A stretch of DNA of 64,000 nucleotides from NCBI GenBank assembly GCA_022710935.1, contig JAKLFY010000031.1, positions 1,857 through 65,856 on the forward strand, in the 5' to 3' direction. Positions 51,682 through 62,700 of this stretch are shown here, piece by piece (the stretch's first letter is position 1; the number at the start of each line of letters is the position of its first letter). This DNA is from Verrucomicrobiota bacterium (GTDB taxonomy: Bacteria; Verrucomicrobiota; Verrucomicrobiia; Limisphaerales; J093). The position numbers and the translations under genes were made by a program. Below the pieces are notes generated by a model. That model saw nothing but the letters and a program-made list of their open reading frames with translations. It was not told the origin of the DNA and did no database searches.

Positions 51682-52410
51682 GAAAAGGGCCGGAAACACC
51701 TCGATGAGGTCATCGATGTTCGCCGCGGTCACGAACAAGTACCGGGCTTCAAACTCGTCGCGATCATCCCGTTGGATCGCGGCGGTTTCCGGGGGCGCGC
51801 CCGGACGACTCAGGACGGCGGCAACGATCTTGCCGGACTTGAAAGCGGCGGCGATGGCCTGGGCGTCGCCGATCAGGCGGAGGTCAGGGAGGAGGAGGGC
51901 GAATCGGGGTGTCGGGTTGCGCCAGCAATCCAGGGCCTGCAACCCGGCCGGAACTCCAATGACACTGACGAAGAGCGTGGCATCCGGGTGTTTCGACGCG
52001 AGTGCGTCCCAGGCCCTCTGGGCAGTGAGAAAACTGAGCGGCGTGGTGGTGTCGGGGGGCAGCGGGACCGAGGATGGATCTTTTCTGGCGGCGGGAGTCA
52101 GTTCCGGGTAATCGACTCCGACCAGACGGATTCGGTCGCCCCAACCGCTGCGCAGTCCGCGGATGGCGGCTTCCTCGAAGGCGTACACCTCCCGAGCCTG
52201 GCCGGGCATCTGTCCGAAGGGATTGGCCACGATGAGCGCTGCCTGGCCGGGCGTCTGGCCGGCCAGGTGTTCGCCCAGAACGCGCAGGGCGATTTCGCGG
52301 CGGTCCAGGGCGCGCCCGTGCACGAGGCGGTCGGGGGTGCGGAACATCCGCCAGGCGAGCAGGGCGGCGGCGACGATCAGGAGTGCGGCGAGGACAGTTT
52401 TTGCTTTCAT
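51679..52410 (-). CDS. membrane-anchored hypothetical protein
   Basis: N-terminal anchor MKAKTVLAALLIVAAALLAW. No motif is recognised in this 243-aa ORF, which has no competing gene. Confidence 0.5.
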   Translation of the reverse strand: MKAKTVLAALLIVAAALLAWRMFRTPDRLVHGRALDRREIALRVLGEHLAGQTPGQAALIVANPFGQMPGQAREVYAFEEAAIRGLRSGWGDRIRLVGVDYPELTPAARKDPSSVPLPPDTTTPLSFLTAQRAWDALASKHPDATLFVSVIGVPAGLQALDCWRNPTPRFALLLPDLRLIGDAQAIAAAFKSGKIVAAVLSRPGAPPETAAIQRDDRDEFEARYLFVTAANIDDLIEVFPALF

Positions 52411-52494
52411 GAAGCTGCTTCAGTGGCGCCGGCGAGGACCGGCGTGTCGGATCCCCGGGAAGATGGCGGGGAAGGCGATCGGCCGTTGCCCCAT

Positions 52495-53151
52495 TCACCC
52501 GCCTCCGCCGAAGTAGCCCGGGATGGTGTCGGCCTCGAAGAGGGCGGTGATGCCCAGGCTCTCGAGGCGTTTCCGATTGCAGCCTTCAACGTGTCCATCG
52601 AGGAACAGCCCGTTGGCCCGCTGCGAATGGCGCGCATGCACTTCATTCTCGCTGGCCACGCGGAAGAAGTAGAATTGCTGCGACCCGATCCCCTGGCGTC
52701 CGCGGCTTGTGGTATCGGCCACATGGAGGTATTCGAGCGGATTGGCGATGCTGTCGACGTGGAGGAGTTCGCTGAAGGCGCCTCGGGTGTAATTGGTGGG
52801 GGGATCCAACCGCACCCCGTAGGTGCGGACCCAGTTGGTGAGCTTGGGCGGGGGGTATGTGGGGCAGAGGAAGAGTTCGAGGGGACGGAGGTTTTCGTTT
52901 GTGCTCAGGAGCGAGGCCCATGTGACGCCGGGATCGAGCGGGGCATTGATGGGCACCAGACCCTGGTTGTCCTGGGCGTAGGCGAGCGTGGCCAGGCCGA
53001 TCTGCTTGAGGTTGTTGACGCATTGGACTTGCTTGGCGCGCGCCTTGGCACGGCTGAGGGCTGGCAGCAACAAGCTGGCGAGAATGCCAATGATGGCAAT
53101 CACCACGAGGAGTTCGATCAGGGTGAACCCCGTTGAGATTCGGCGGCGCAT
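52495..53151 (-). CDS. prepilin-type N-terminal cleavage/methylation domain protein (DUF1559-like)
   Basis: [29 protein letters not shown] follows the ATG at 53151. The C-terminus is of the H-x9-DG type ([13 protein letters not shown]). Confidence 0.8.
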   Translation of the reverse strand: MRRRISTGFTLIELLVVIAIIGILASLLLPALSRAKARAKQVQCVNNLKQIGLATLAYAQDNQGLVPINAPLDPGVTWASLLSTNENLRPLELFLCPTYPPPKLTNWVRTYGVRLDPPTNYTRGAFSELLHVDSIANPLEYLHVADTTSRGRQGIGSQQFYFFRVASENEVHARHSQRANGLFLDGHVEGCNRKRLESLGITALFEADTIPGYFGGGG

Positions 53152-53296
53152 GCAGTTCCTGTTCCTGTTCCGCGCGGGCGCGTGGCCGGCCTGCAATCCG
53201 CGCTCCGGAATCCGGAGTTCGTCTCTGTGTTTTCGCTCGCCACCCGCACTGATGGGTCTAGCATATCGCAGGCCATGATTGGGTCAATCCATCGCC

Positions 53297-54700
53297 ATGT
53301 TGTTTAACTCGGCTGTCTTCCTCCAGTTCTTCGCCGCGTTTCTGCTGCTGTTCTACCTGGCCCGAAACAGCCTTGTGGCACGGAATGTCCTGATTGTCCT
53401 GGCCAGCTACCTGTTCTACGGCTGGTGGGATTATCGGTTCCTGTCGCTGTTGATCCTGTCGAGCCTCCTGGATTACGGCGTGGCGCGGGCGCTGGATCGC
53501 TGCGCGCATCCGGCCCACCGCAGACTCTGGCTGGCCCTGAGCCTCGCCACGAGCCTCGGTCTGCTCGGTTTCTTCAAGTACTGCAACTTCTTCATCGACT
53601 CCGCCGCGGTCCTGCTCACGCAACTGGGGCTGCATGTCGAACCCCGAACGCTCAACATTGTTCTGCCCGTCGGCATCTCGTTCTACACGTTCCAGACCAT
53701 GAGTTACACGCTGGACGTGTACCGCCGGTCTATGCCGGCGACGCGCGACCTGCTCAGTTTCCTCGCGTACGTCGCGTTTTTCCCGCAACTGGTCGCCGGC
53801 CCGATCGAACGGGCGAGCCGCCTCTTGCCCCAGTTCACCCAAACGCGCGTCATCACCCGCCAGCGGCTGATCGACGGCGTGTGGCTGATGATCTGGGGCA
53901 TGTTCAAGAAGGTGGTGGTTGCCGACAACCTCGCCCCCCTCGTCGAGATGGTGTTCGATCATCCGGCGCCGGCGGGGCCCATGGTCGTACTCGGCACGGT
54001 CGCCTTTGCCTTCCAAATCTATGGCGACTTCTCAGGCTATTCGGACATCGCGCGCGGCTTGGCCAGCGTGCTCGGCTTCGACCTGATGGTCAATTTCAAC
54101 CTGCCCTATGCCGCCACCAGCCCGCGGGATTTCTGGAGGCGCTGGCACATCAGCCTTTCGACCTGGCTGCGCGATTACCTCTACATCGCCCTGGGAGGCA
54201 GCCGCTGCGGAGTCTGGCGGACACGATTCAATTTGCTGGCGACCATGCTCCTGGGGGGATTGTGGCACGGGGCGGCCTGGAACTTTGTTCTTTGGGGGCT
54301 CTGGCACGGCCTGGGACTCGTCCTGACGCGCCCCGCCCAATCGCGCGCTCCTGCGGCGGGGCGCCCGCGATGGCGGCTGTTGCAGTGGGCGGCCACGATG
54401 CTCTTTGTGCTGTATGGCTGGCTCCTGTTCCGTGCCGGGTCGCTCGCGCACATCCTCGACCTGACATCCGCCCTGGCCTGCTGGGAGTGGCCGGCCTGGG
54501 GACTGAGTTATCTGATAAACCTGATGGCCTTCACGCTCCCCTTGGCGCTCGCTCAAGTGTGGCAGGCCCGGGCGCGCGATCTCATGGCCCCAGCGCGCTG
54601 GCCCGCGTCGAGCAGAGCTCTGCTGCAAGGCATTCTGCTGCTGGCGATCGTCGTTTTCTGGCAGAAAGAAGCCGCCCCGTTCATCTACTTTCAGTTCTGA
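53297..54700 (+). CDS. MBOAT-family membrane O-acyltransferase (AlgI/DltB-like)
   Basis: MLFNSAVFLQFF..., FYTFQTMSYTLDVYRR, FFPQLVAGPIER, FWRRWHISLSTWLRDYLY and the catalytic-His region LWHGAAWNFVLWGLWHG. Confidence 0.85.
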   Translation: MLFNSAVFLQFFAAFLLLFYLARNSLVARNVLIVLASYLFYGWWDYRFLSLLILSSLLDYGVARALDRCAHPAHRRLWLALSLATSLGLLGFFKYCNFFIDSAAVLLTQLGLHVEPRTLNIVLPVGISFYTFQTMSYTLDVYRRSMPATRDLLSFLAYVAFFPQLVAGPIERASRLLPQFTQTRVITRQRLIDGVWLMIWGMFKKVVVADNLAPLVEMVFDHPAPAGPMVVLGTVAFAFQIYGDFSGYSDIARGLASVLGFDLMVNFNLPYAATSPRDFWRRWHISLSTWLRDYLYIALGGSRCGVWRTRFNLLATMLLGGLWHGAAWNFVLWGLWHGLGLVLTRPAQSRAPAAGRPRWRLLQWAATMLFVLYGWLLFRAGSLAHILDLTSALACWEWPAWGLSYLINLMAFTLPLALAQVWQARARDLMAPARWPASSRALLQGILLLAIVVFWQKEAAPFIYFQF

Positions 54701-54707
54701 GGCGCCC

Positions 54708-55793
54708 ATGAATGCCCGAGGTTCAATGGGCGGCACATCCGCCAAGGCAATGACAACCGCTCGAATCCAACCGCGCAGCCACGAATGCGTCTTCACGGCG
54801 CGCGATTTGGCCGCGATCGCCGGCGCGCCGGTCGCTGTGCTGCTGCTGCTTGCGGCTCTGTTTCATCTTGCGGCCGCCGCGGGCTGGCTGCCGGCGCCCC
54901 GACCGACACTCGACATGGACCGCACCCTGCTCATTCACCAGGCGGACTCCAGCCGGTCGGCCCAGGACGCCGCGGTCATCCTGGTTGGCGATTCGTCCTG
55001 CCTGATGGATGTGTCGGCGGAGGACCTGACACGGCACTTGGGCCAGTCAGCTCTCAACCTGGGCCTCCTGAGCTACCTCGACCTGCCCAGCTTCGGCATC
55101 CTGGTGCGGAACTGCGCCCATGCGAACCCCGAGCGTCTCGAGACTGTCGTGTTGCTGCTCCACCCGGAGAGCCTGCGCCTCCAGACGCCGTCGGCCTATC
55201 ACCGCGCCCAACTCGAAGACTATCTGGCCGGACGCGACGCCCGTGCGACCGTCGGGATCGCGGGCCGGTTGCAGACGGCTCTGGGCGCCAACCTCGCGCG
55301 TGGGAGGCTGGTGGCCCGGCTCATCCCCACCCCGCTCTCCGGCGTCTATGGCCGCTTCTATGGTTTTACCCACGACTTCTCGCGCTGGTTGAGGGCGCAT
55401 CGAGGCAGCGCGATCGATCCGCAACGCTTTGACCGAACCAAGGCGCAAGGCAACGCCGAGTATCGACTGGCCCAGCGGCTCGAATCCGAAAGCCGTCTGT
55501 TCCGCCAATGCGTGCCGTCCGGCGTCCGGCTGGTCGTGGGGCTGACCCCGGTCCCGAGATCGTTCGTCGGCCCCGACCATGAGGCCACGTGCGCGCGCAT
55601 CCTCGAACAATGGGCGAAGTGGTTGAAGGCCGATGCCGTGCTCGACGGTCTTCCGGCCTCGATGCCCGACGAACTGTTCGCGAGCGTCACGCACCTGACC
55701 GGAGAGGGGCAGACTCTGTTCACCCAACGCCTCGCCGCAGAACTGCAGACCGCCGCGATGGCCTGGGCATCGAGGCCGGGCGCGATCCCCTGA
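54708..55793 (+). CDS. SGNH/DltD-like partner protein of the MBOAT acyltransferase (hypothetical)
   Basis: One TM helix is followed by VILVGDSSCLMD (GDS block) and a late SVTHLTGEG block. The gene starts 8 nt after the MBOAT gene. Confidence 0.45.
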   Translation: MNARGSMGGTSAKAMTTARIQPRSHECVFTARDLAAIAGAPVAVLLLLAALFHLAAAAGWLPAPRPTLDMDRTLLIHQADSSRSAQDAAVILVGDSSCLMDVSAEDLTRHLGQSALNLGLLSYLDLPSFGILVRNCAHANPERLETVVLLLHPESLRLQTPSAYHRAQLEDYLAGRDARATVGIAGRLQTALGANLARGRLVARLIPTPLSGVYGRFYGFTHDFSRWLRAHRGSAIDPQRFDRTKAQGNAEYRLAQRLESESRLFRQCVPSGVRLVVGLTPVPRSFVGPDHEATCARILEQWAKWLKADAVLDGLPASMPDELFASVTHLTGEGQTLFTQRLAAELQTAAMAWASRPGAIP

Positions 55794-55813
55794 GCTGAAC
55801 ACTTGATGCAGGA

Positions 55814-56854
55814 ATGAATCGTGCTAACAATTCTCTCGTGGTCAGTGATTCGAACGGCGATCGCAGGCAGTTGCGCATGGTGCCATGCCCGAACTGCGGA
55901 GTGAGACTCTTTTTGGACGGAGACCTTCCGCCGTTGAGCACAGTGCCCTGCACCAAATGCGGCGAGTTGGTCATGATACCGATGCGCTTGCGGCAGTTCG
56001 AATTGCAGGCCGTCATCGGGAAGGGAGGGATGGCGACGGTCTACCGGGCATTCGATACGACACTGCAAAGGGATGTCGCCGTCAAACTCATGAACCCCGA
56101 GCTGATGCAGGATCAGAACGGGATGAACCAGTTCCTCCGCGAGGCGCGGGCGTGCGGGCAGCTCAACCACACCAACATCATCCACATCTACACGTTCGAC
56201 GACCTCGATGGGCAGGCCTACCTGGTGATGGAACTGGCCGATCGGGGGAGCCTCGACAGCCGGATCGAGAAAGGCCCCGTGCCCGAACTCGACGTGCTCG
56301 ATATCGGCATCAAGGTCGCCTCGGCGCTCGATACCGCCCTCAAACACGGCCTCCTCCACTGCGATATCAAACCAGGCAACATTCTGTTCAATGCGGACGG
56401 CGAGCCCAAATTGGTCGATTTCGGCATCGCCCGCCGTACCGACGCCGAATCCGACCACGATGGGACCGTGCTGGGCACGCCGTACTACATCGCGCCGGAA
56501 AAGATCCGACGGGAACAGGAGAACTTCCTTTCGGACATGTACAGCCTGGCGGGCACGCTTTACCATGCGATCACGCAGCACGTGCCGTTCGAGGCGCCAA
56601 CGGTCGAAGACGTGGTCGCCGCCCACGTGCACACGCCGCTCACGCCGCCCGACCGCGTCAACCCGGATATCACGGCACCCACCAGCGACGCGCTGGTCCG
56701 CGCGATGGCCAAGAAACCGTCCGACCGATTCGAGTCGTACGATGCGTTCATTATGGGGCTCAACGCCGCCCGCAGTCAGTACCTGGTCGGACGCTATATC
56801 ACTCCTCAGCCCGCCCGGCCGGGCACCCGGTTCAAGAATCTGTTCCGCCGCTAA
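55814..56854 (+). CDS. soluble Ser/Thr protein kinase with an N-terminal zinc ribbon
   Basis: CPNCGVRL...CTKCGELV is followed by GKGGMATVYRA, VAVK, HCDIKPGNILF, DFGIA and GTPYYIAPE. Confidence 0.85.
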   Translation: MNRANNSLVVSDSNGDRRQLRMVPCPNCGVRLFLDGDLPPLSTVPCTKCGELVMIPMRLRQFELQAVIGKGGMATVYRAFDTTLQRDVAVKLMNPELMQDQNGMNQFLREARACGQLNHTNIIHIYTFDDLDGQAYLVMELADRGSLDSRIEKGPVPELDVLDIGIKVASALDTALKHGLLHCDIKPGNILFNADGEPKLVDFGIARRTDAESDHDGTVLGTPYYIAPEKIRREQENFLSDMYSLAGTLYHAITQHVPFEAPTVEDVVAAHVHTPLTPPDRVNPDITAPTSDALVRAMAKKPSDRFESYDAFIMGLNAARSQYLVGRYITPQPARPGTRFKNLFRR

Positions 56855-56858
56855 ACCT

Positions 56859-58343
56859 ATGAACCACCCTCACCAACACTGCTCCGGTTGTCTCTCCCGC
56901 CGACGCTGTCTGCAACTGGTCGGCATGGCTGCGGCCGGGCTCGGTTTCAGCGGCCAGCTCATGCCCGCCCTGGCCAGGCAGCGGAGGCCCGCCCCCGACT
57001 TCGTGGATCCCGCCGCTTTGCGGCCCAGGCCCAAAGTCCGTATCGATGCCGCCTTCCTCGAAATGCCGCGTCCGTACTGGCTTGGTTGGCCGGGCACCAC
57101 CTATGACTTGGACAGGCACCAGGCCGAATACAGGGGGCGCCTGCGCGAGTCATGCCAGCGGCTGGGGATCGACCTGTACGAGGAGTCGGCGCCGATCCAG
57201 GCCGACGCGGGCGTCGCTTCGCTGATCCAAGGCGTCCACCAACGCCAACCCGACGCTCTGCTGGTGATCCTCCAGCACATGGGATGCTGGGGATGGACGG
57301 AACGCCTGGCCAGGGACGCACGCTGCCCGCTCCTGATCTTCGCTCCCATCGGCACTTCGTTCACGGGCCACGTGGCTGGCATCTCGCGCCGCCCCGGCGT
57401 CCACCTGATCTCGTCTCTCGACTGGTCGGCCGTCGAGGACGGTCTGCGGATGATCCGCGCCAAACGGATGTTCGAGGAGAGCCGGATCCTCTGGATTCAC
57501 GGCGACAAGCGCAACGAGACTGTCCTCGACCGCCTGGGCGCCAAGATCCGCGCGACACCGCGCGACACCTTCAATCAGCTCTTCGACACCATGCCCGTGA
57601 ACGAGGAGGTCAAGGATGTGGCGTCCGCCCTCCGTCGCCGGGCCAAGAAGGTGGTCGAGCCGAACTGGCAGGATTGTCTCAATGCCGCGCGCGCGTACAC
57701 CACCGCCAAGCGGTTGCTCGCGGACGAACAGGCCCATGCGTTGTCGATGGATTGTTTGGGAATGGTCGGGGCAAAACTCGTGCCCACGCCCCCGTGCGCG
57801 GCCTGGACACTGCTCCAGGACGAAGGGATCACCGCCGGATGCGAAGCCGATCTGCACGGCGCGACCTCGATGATGCTGACCAGTTACCTGCTGGACCGGC
57901 CCGGCTACATGAACGATCCGGTGGCCGAGACGGCGAAGAACCTCCTGATCGCAGCCCATTGCACTTCGGGCACGCGCCTCAACGGCTTCACCAAGCCCCA
58001 GGCGCCCTACATCCTTCGCGACCACTCCGAGTCGTCGCTCGGCGTGGCGGTCCAGGTGCTCTGGCCCGTCGACACCCCCATCAGCCTCATCCGCTTCAGC
58101 AACACCAACGAACTGATCATCGATACCGGCCGCGTCGTCAGCAATGTCGACACGCCGCCCGCGGGCGGATGCCGCACGTCGATCGAGATCCGCATGGATC
58201 GAGTCGAGGACGCGCGGGATGTGCTGGGCTTTCACCAGGTGGTGACCCTGGGCGATCACCGGCGTGTGGTTGAAGGATTCTGCCAGTTGATGGGGATCCG
58301 TGTGGTGCACTCGCCCGAGCACAGCGCCCCGGCGACAGCGTGA
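56859..58343 (+). CDS. hypothetical protein with a Tat-like signal, possibly sugar-isomerase (FucI/AraA)-like fold
   Basis: SRRRCLQLVGMAAAGLGFSG follows the ATG at 56859. The resemblance of the C-terminal half to L-fucose/arabinose isomerase C-domains is only my impression. Confidence 0.35.
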   Translation: MNHPHQHCSGCLSRRRCLQLVGMAAAGLGFSGQLMPALARQRRPAPDFVDPAALRPRPKVRIDAAFLEMPRPYWLGWPGTTYDLDRHQAEYRGRLRESCQRLGIDLYEESAPIQADAGVASLIQGVHQRQPDALLVILQHMGCWGWTERLARDARCPLLIFAPIGTSFTGHVAGISRRPGVHLISSLDWSAVEDGLRMIRAKRMFEESRILWIHGDKRNETVLDRLGAKIRATPRDTFNQLFDTMPVNEEVKDVASALRRRAKKVVEPNWQDCLNAARAYTTAKRLLADEQAHALSMDCLGMVGAKLVPTPPCAAWTLLQDEGITAGCEADLHGATSMMLTSYLLDRPGYMNDPVAETAKNLLIAAHCTSGTRLNGFTKPQAPYILRDHSESSLGVAVQVLWPVDTPISLIRFSNTNELIIDTGRVVSNVDTPPAGGCRTSIEIRMDRVEDARDVLGFHQVVTLGDHRRVVEGFCQLMGIRVVHSPEHSAPATA

Positions 58344-58350
58344 GCAAACC

Positions 58351-59553
58351 ATGAACACAATTCTCGCACGGCACAGCTCCCGGGGAGCCCACAGCTCCAA
58401 TCCGTCCTCCACCCCTCGCTCGGCCACGACGCTCGGCGTCCGACTCGGGCTCGCCCTGCTCCTCTCGTTCGGGGCGCTGGCCGAGGTCGCCCTGCATTCT
58501 CCAGGCCTGCCCCCTTCACGCATGGACGACCAGGGGCGGCTCGTCGAGGACTGGGGGGCAGTCGGAATCCGTTTGACCGGCGAAGGCCTCGCCACGGACC
58601 AGGGAGTCACGGTGACCGAGGTGAAGCTCGACGGCCATATCCCGGCGGCGCAAGCCCGCCAACGCCTGGGCTCGATCGCCTGTGCCCTGACCGCATTCCG
58701 CGCGCCGGTCTGGCCCAGTGGCCTCGACGTGCTGACCGTCGCCGTCGAGGAGACCAGCGGACACGCGAGCGCCTGCACGATCGCCCTCGATCTTCCAGCG
58801 AATGTGCGCGTCGGAGCGAAAACCGTCCTGCAAGGCGGGCGTCCGATCCTCGCCTTGCCCGCAACGCCGCGCGTTACTGAGAGAACGCGAGACTGGGGCT
58901 ATCGGGACGACGCGGTTTCCCTGCCGGGGTGGGCCAGACCGGAAGGCGCATGCGACCCGGCCTTTCGGAATATCCGCGCCGGTCTGGGAGGCGTGCCGAT
59001 CGAGTACCGTTTCAACGTTGTTCCGGGGGCCGCTTTCAACGTCGTCCTGGGATTCTGTGAAAGCCATTGGGCCCAGTCCGGCCAACGGCCCGTCGTGTGC
59101 CGGCTCGAGGGCGCGGCGCCGCAGGAAATCGACCCCATTGCGCGCTGGGGTCAGCACCAGCCCGGAGCGGTGCTCTTCGCAGCCAAGGACGCCAATGGAG
59201 ACGGCTGTCTTGATCTTGCTGTTCTTCCCAGGGCCGGCGCGCCCGACCTCAATCCGATCCTGAACGTCATCTGGATATTCCCGGATGGACCACCGCCGGC
59301 CCTCGATCGCGTGATTGCGGGGCAAAGCACGATTCAGGCGCTGCGGCACGTCGACGTGGGCGGCGACAAAGACCAGTCGCTCCATTCGGCGGGACTCATC
59401 GAATACGAACTGGCGTTGCCGCCCAACGGACGGCAGGAACTCGTCTTCCTCGTCGCATGTCCCGGCAGTTCGGCGCCGCGACCGGATCAAACCGGGTGGA
59501 CGGTCGAGACTCTGCGCCGGGCCGCCAGCGAGGTCTGGCGCGACTGGCGGTGA
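58351..59553 (+). CDS. secreted hypothetical protein
   Basis: Signal-like VRLGLALLLSFGALAEVA follows the ATG at 58351. The ORF codes for 400 aa, with no motif recognised. Confidence 0.45.
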   Translation: MNTILARHSSRGAHSSNPSSTPRSATTLGVRLGLALLLSFGALAEVALHSPGLPPSRMDDQGRLVEDWGAVGIRLTGEGLATDQGVTVTEVKLDGHIPAAQARQRLGSIACALTAFRAPVWPSGLDVLTVAVEETSGHASACTIALDLPANVRVGAKTVLQGGRPILALPATPRVTERTRDWGYRDDAVSLPGWARPEGACDPAFRNIRAGLGGVPIEYRFNVVPGAAFNVVLGFCESHWAQSGQRPVVCRLEGAAPQEIDPIARWGQHQPGAVLFAAKDANGDGCLDLAVLPRAGAPDLNPILNVIWIFPDGPPPALDRVIAGQSTIQALRHVDVGGDKDQSLHSAGLIEYELALPPNGRQELVFLVACPGSSAPRPDQTGWTVETLRRAASEVWRDWR

Positions 59554-59584
59554 GGGGCAGATGGCGGACGGGACCGGCGCATCG

Positions 59585-59632
59585 CTCGGGCGACAGAACG
59601 CCGGCAACAACCAGAGGCACCGGCCATTCGTG
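59585..59632. repeat. MITE-like family, partial copy D (one arm)
   Basis: CTCGGGCGACAGAACGCCGGCAACAACCAGAGGCACCG matches the right arm of copy C, and 11 of 12 terminus bases agree. Confidence 0.6.
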
Positions 59633-59716
59633 GGCTTCCAAGAAAGTTGTGGCGTCTGGCGGCGTCGCTTGGCACCATGCAAGGCGCAGAAGCAATATCT
59701 CTTCAACAATAACCAG

Positions 59717-62700
59717 ATGAAACTCAAAACGTATCGCAGGTTTCTATCAGCCACTGGCCTCGGCGCCATGGCGGGCATGGGCATCGCATTGGTTCAGGCT
59801 CAGACAGTGATTCCTGAGTCACTCGCGCTGCCTTTGAACTCAGTTGACACGGAGAAACCGGGCTTTGTCGTACGCGTGTTCCAAGCGACGGGCGCGCAGC
59901 TCGAGAACACGATCGCTCGCGCCGAGAACCAAATCGGCGGCTTCCTCATCAATCCCGCCACCGGCCTGCCCTATGAGAACATTGCCGATCTCACCGACTT
60001 CTACGGCATGGGCCAGTTTATTTTCAACCCTGACGGGACCTACGACGAAACGGCCACGATCGCCTATTCGGCCGGGTGGTTTCCCGGGATTCCCGGAATC
60101 GAGAATACGACCATCAATATTGCGCTCGAAGCGATTACCTACATCCAGTACCAGCCCGGAACCTACGCGATGGTGATCACCGGTGACGACGGCGCCAAGC
60201 TGACTGTGGGCAACGTGTTTGACCGCATCTCGGAACTCGTCCTGGTCGAGAGCCCGAGCACAGCCGACAAGGTGGCCACCTTCACGATCACAAAGGCGGG
60301 GGTGTATGCGTTCCGTGTGATCTACGAACAAGGCGGCGGCGGCTACACCCTCAATTGGTATACGGCCGATCCCGCCGACACCTCCGCGGCAACCCGGGTG
60401 CACCTGAACGACTGGGGCGCCACCCCGTGCTATCGCGCCCTCAAGGCCGGCGCGGCGGTCACGGGACCCTCCGTCTATGCGATTTCGCCGCTGCCCAACG
60501 CCATCAACGTCACCGCTTCCTCGGGGATCCAGGCTGTCATCAAGGACGGCTCGACGGCCCTCAACACGGCCTCGCTCAAGGTGTATTACAATGGGACCGA
60601 CGTGACGGCCAGCGCGACCGTCGGCCCGAAGACCGGCGACCTGACCAAGGTGACCTACAAGCCCGCCCTGCGTCCGGAACCCAACTCGGTCGAGCAATAC
60701 AAACTGACCTTCAACGATCCGACGGCGGCGGGCGGCACCCGCGAAGCGGTGCTCACCTACACCGTGGCTCCGTATGCCGACTATGTTCTGCCGGATCCGA
60801 TCTGGCTCGAGACCTTCGACACCGTGGCGGAAGGAGCGATGCCGGCCGGTTGGACCACCGTGAGTCCGATTGAACCGACTGGCTCGGAAGACCTGTCGAA
60901 CCCGGATTCGGACAGCTACTTGGTCTGGGTGGTCATCAGCAAGGGGCGGGTGTCGGACATCGGGGCCGCGGGCGGATGGAATGCCACCTATCGTCTCAAC
61001 ACCCCCGAGGCCTACATCAACGGCGTGCGAATCGACAGTCTGATCCAGAACCAGTTCGCCTATCACGAATCCGATGTGCGCGGCGGCAGCCAGTACGCCG
61101 AACTCTTCACGCCAAACGTCAACCTCACCGGGAAGACGGACATCTACCTCGTCTACCACAGCATCTACACGCAGAACCAGGACAACATCGCCGGTGTCGA
61201 GTACTCGGTGGATAACGGCACGACGTGGCTGCCGGTGGTCTACATGGTCGACAAGGACGACCTCTTACTCAAGGGCGATGGCACTGTGGACGCCGAAGCG
61301 ACCCTCACGGCCGCGCGCGCTGACACGGCACAGTACATCGACCCGATTTCGGGCGAAACGATCGGACTGACCTACGGCGCCTTCGTCAAGGCCGCGCGCA
61401 ACACGTGGCCGAATCTGACCGAGTACGTCAGCGGACGCATCAACGACGACCAGATGGAATCCAAGCGCATCGAGCGGTTCCGTCTGCCCCAAGCGGACAA
61501 CAAGAGCCAGGTCAAAGTCCGCTTCTTCCAGGCCGGCACGGGAAGTTGGTTCTTCGGCGTCGACAGCGTCGGCTTCTACAGCATCACGGCACCGCAGAAG
61601 CCGGAAATCACCACCCAGCCGGTCGGAGGCGTCATCTCCGCCGGGTCCGCGCTCACGCTCACGGTTGTGGCGACGGGTACGGAGCCTCTCTCGTATCAGT
61701 GGAAGCTGAACGACGCCGACATTCCGGGAGCAACGGGCTCAGCCTACACCGTGGCCAGCGCCACGGCCGCCGCTGCGGGCGACTACACGGTGCAAATCAC
61801 CAACGCGGGCGGTTCGGTCACCAGCGCCAAAGCCAAGGTGACCGTGTTCACCGGCGCAATCGGCGACGATCTCGTGGCGCACCTCAAGCTGGACGGAAAC
61901 CTCAACGATGCGAGCGGGCGCGGAAACGCCGGCACCGCAGTCGGCGCCGTCGCCTACGACTCGGGCAAAGCGGGTCAGGCAATGCATCTGGCGTCCAACG
62001 CGGACTACATCACGCTGGGCACGCCGGCCGATCTGAACTTCGGCCAGGCTACCGATTTCTCGATCGCCTTCTGGACCAAGGCCGTGACCTGGGGCGGTGA
62101 CCCGGCGTTCATCGCCAACAAGGATTGGGACAGCGGCGGCAACCAGGGCTACGTCGTGGCAACCGACGACGACGGCCACCTGCAGTGGAACCTGGCGGGG
62201 CCTCCGGGCAGCCGCAAGGATTACGACGGACCGGCGGGCACCTTCTCAGACGCCGCCTGGCATCATGTCGCAATCACCTTCAACCGCACCGGGCCGGCCA
62301 CCACCTACGTGGATGGAGTTCTCCGCGACGCCCGGCCCATGACGGCCGATCAAAACAACGTCGACACCCCCTCCGGCCTGGCCACCAATGTCGGCCAGGA
62401 CGGCGTCGGAGACTATGGCTCCCGATTCAGCGATGTCTCCTTCGACGACATCGGGATCTGGCGCCGCGTGCTCACACCGCAGGAAGTGACCGCAATCTTC
62501 GAGGCCGGCCAGGCGGGCAAGGACCTCTCGACGGTCGTGGTGTCCGGACCGACCGATGCCGGCACGCTCGGCATGCAGTTCACAGCAGGCAAGGTCGTCT
62601 TGACTTGGGAGAGCGGCGCCACCCTGCAGTCCGCAACCAGTATCGTCGGCCAATGGACGGACGAGGCCGCAACAAGCCCCGCCTCGCTCGACCCCGCCGG

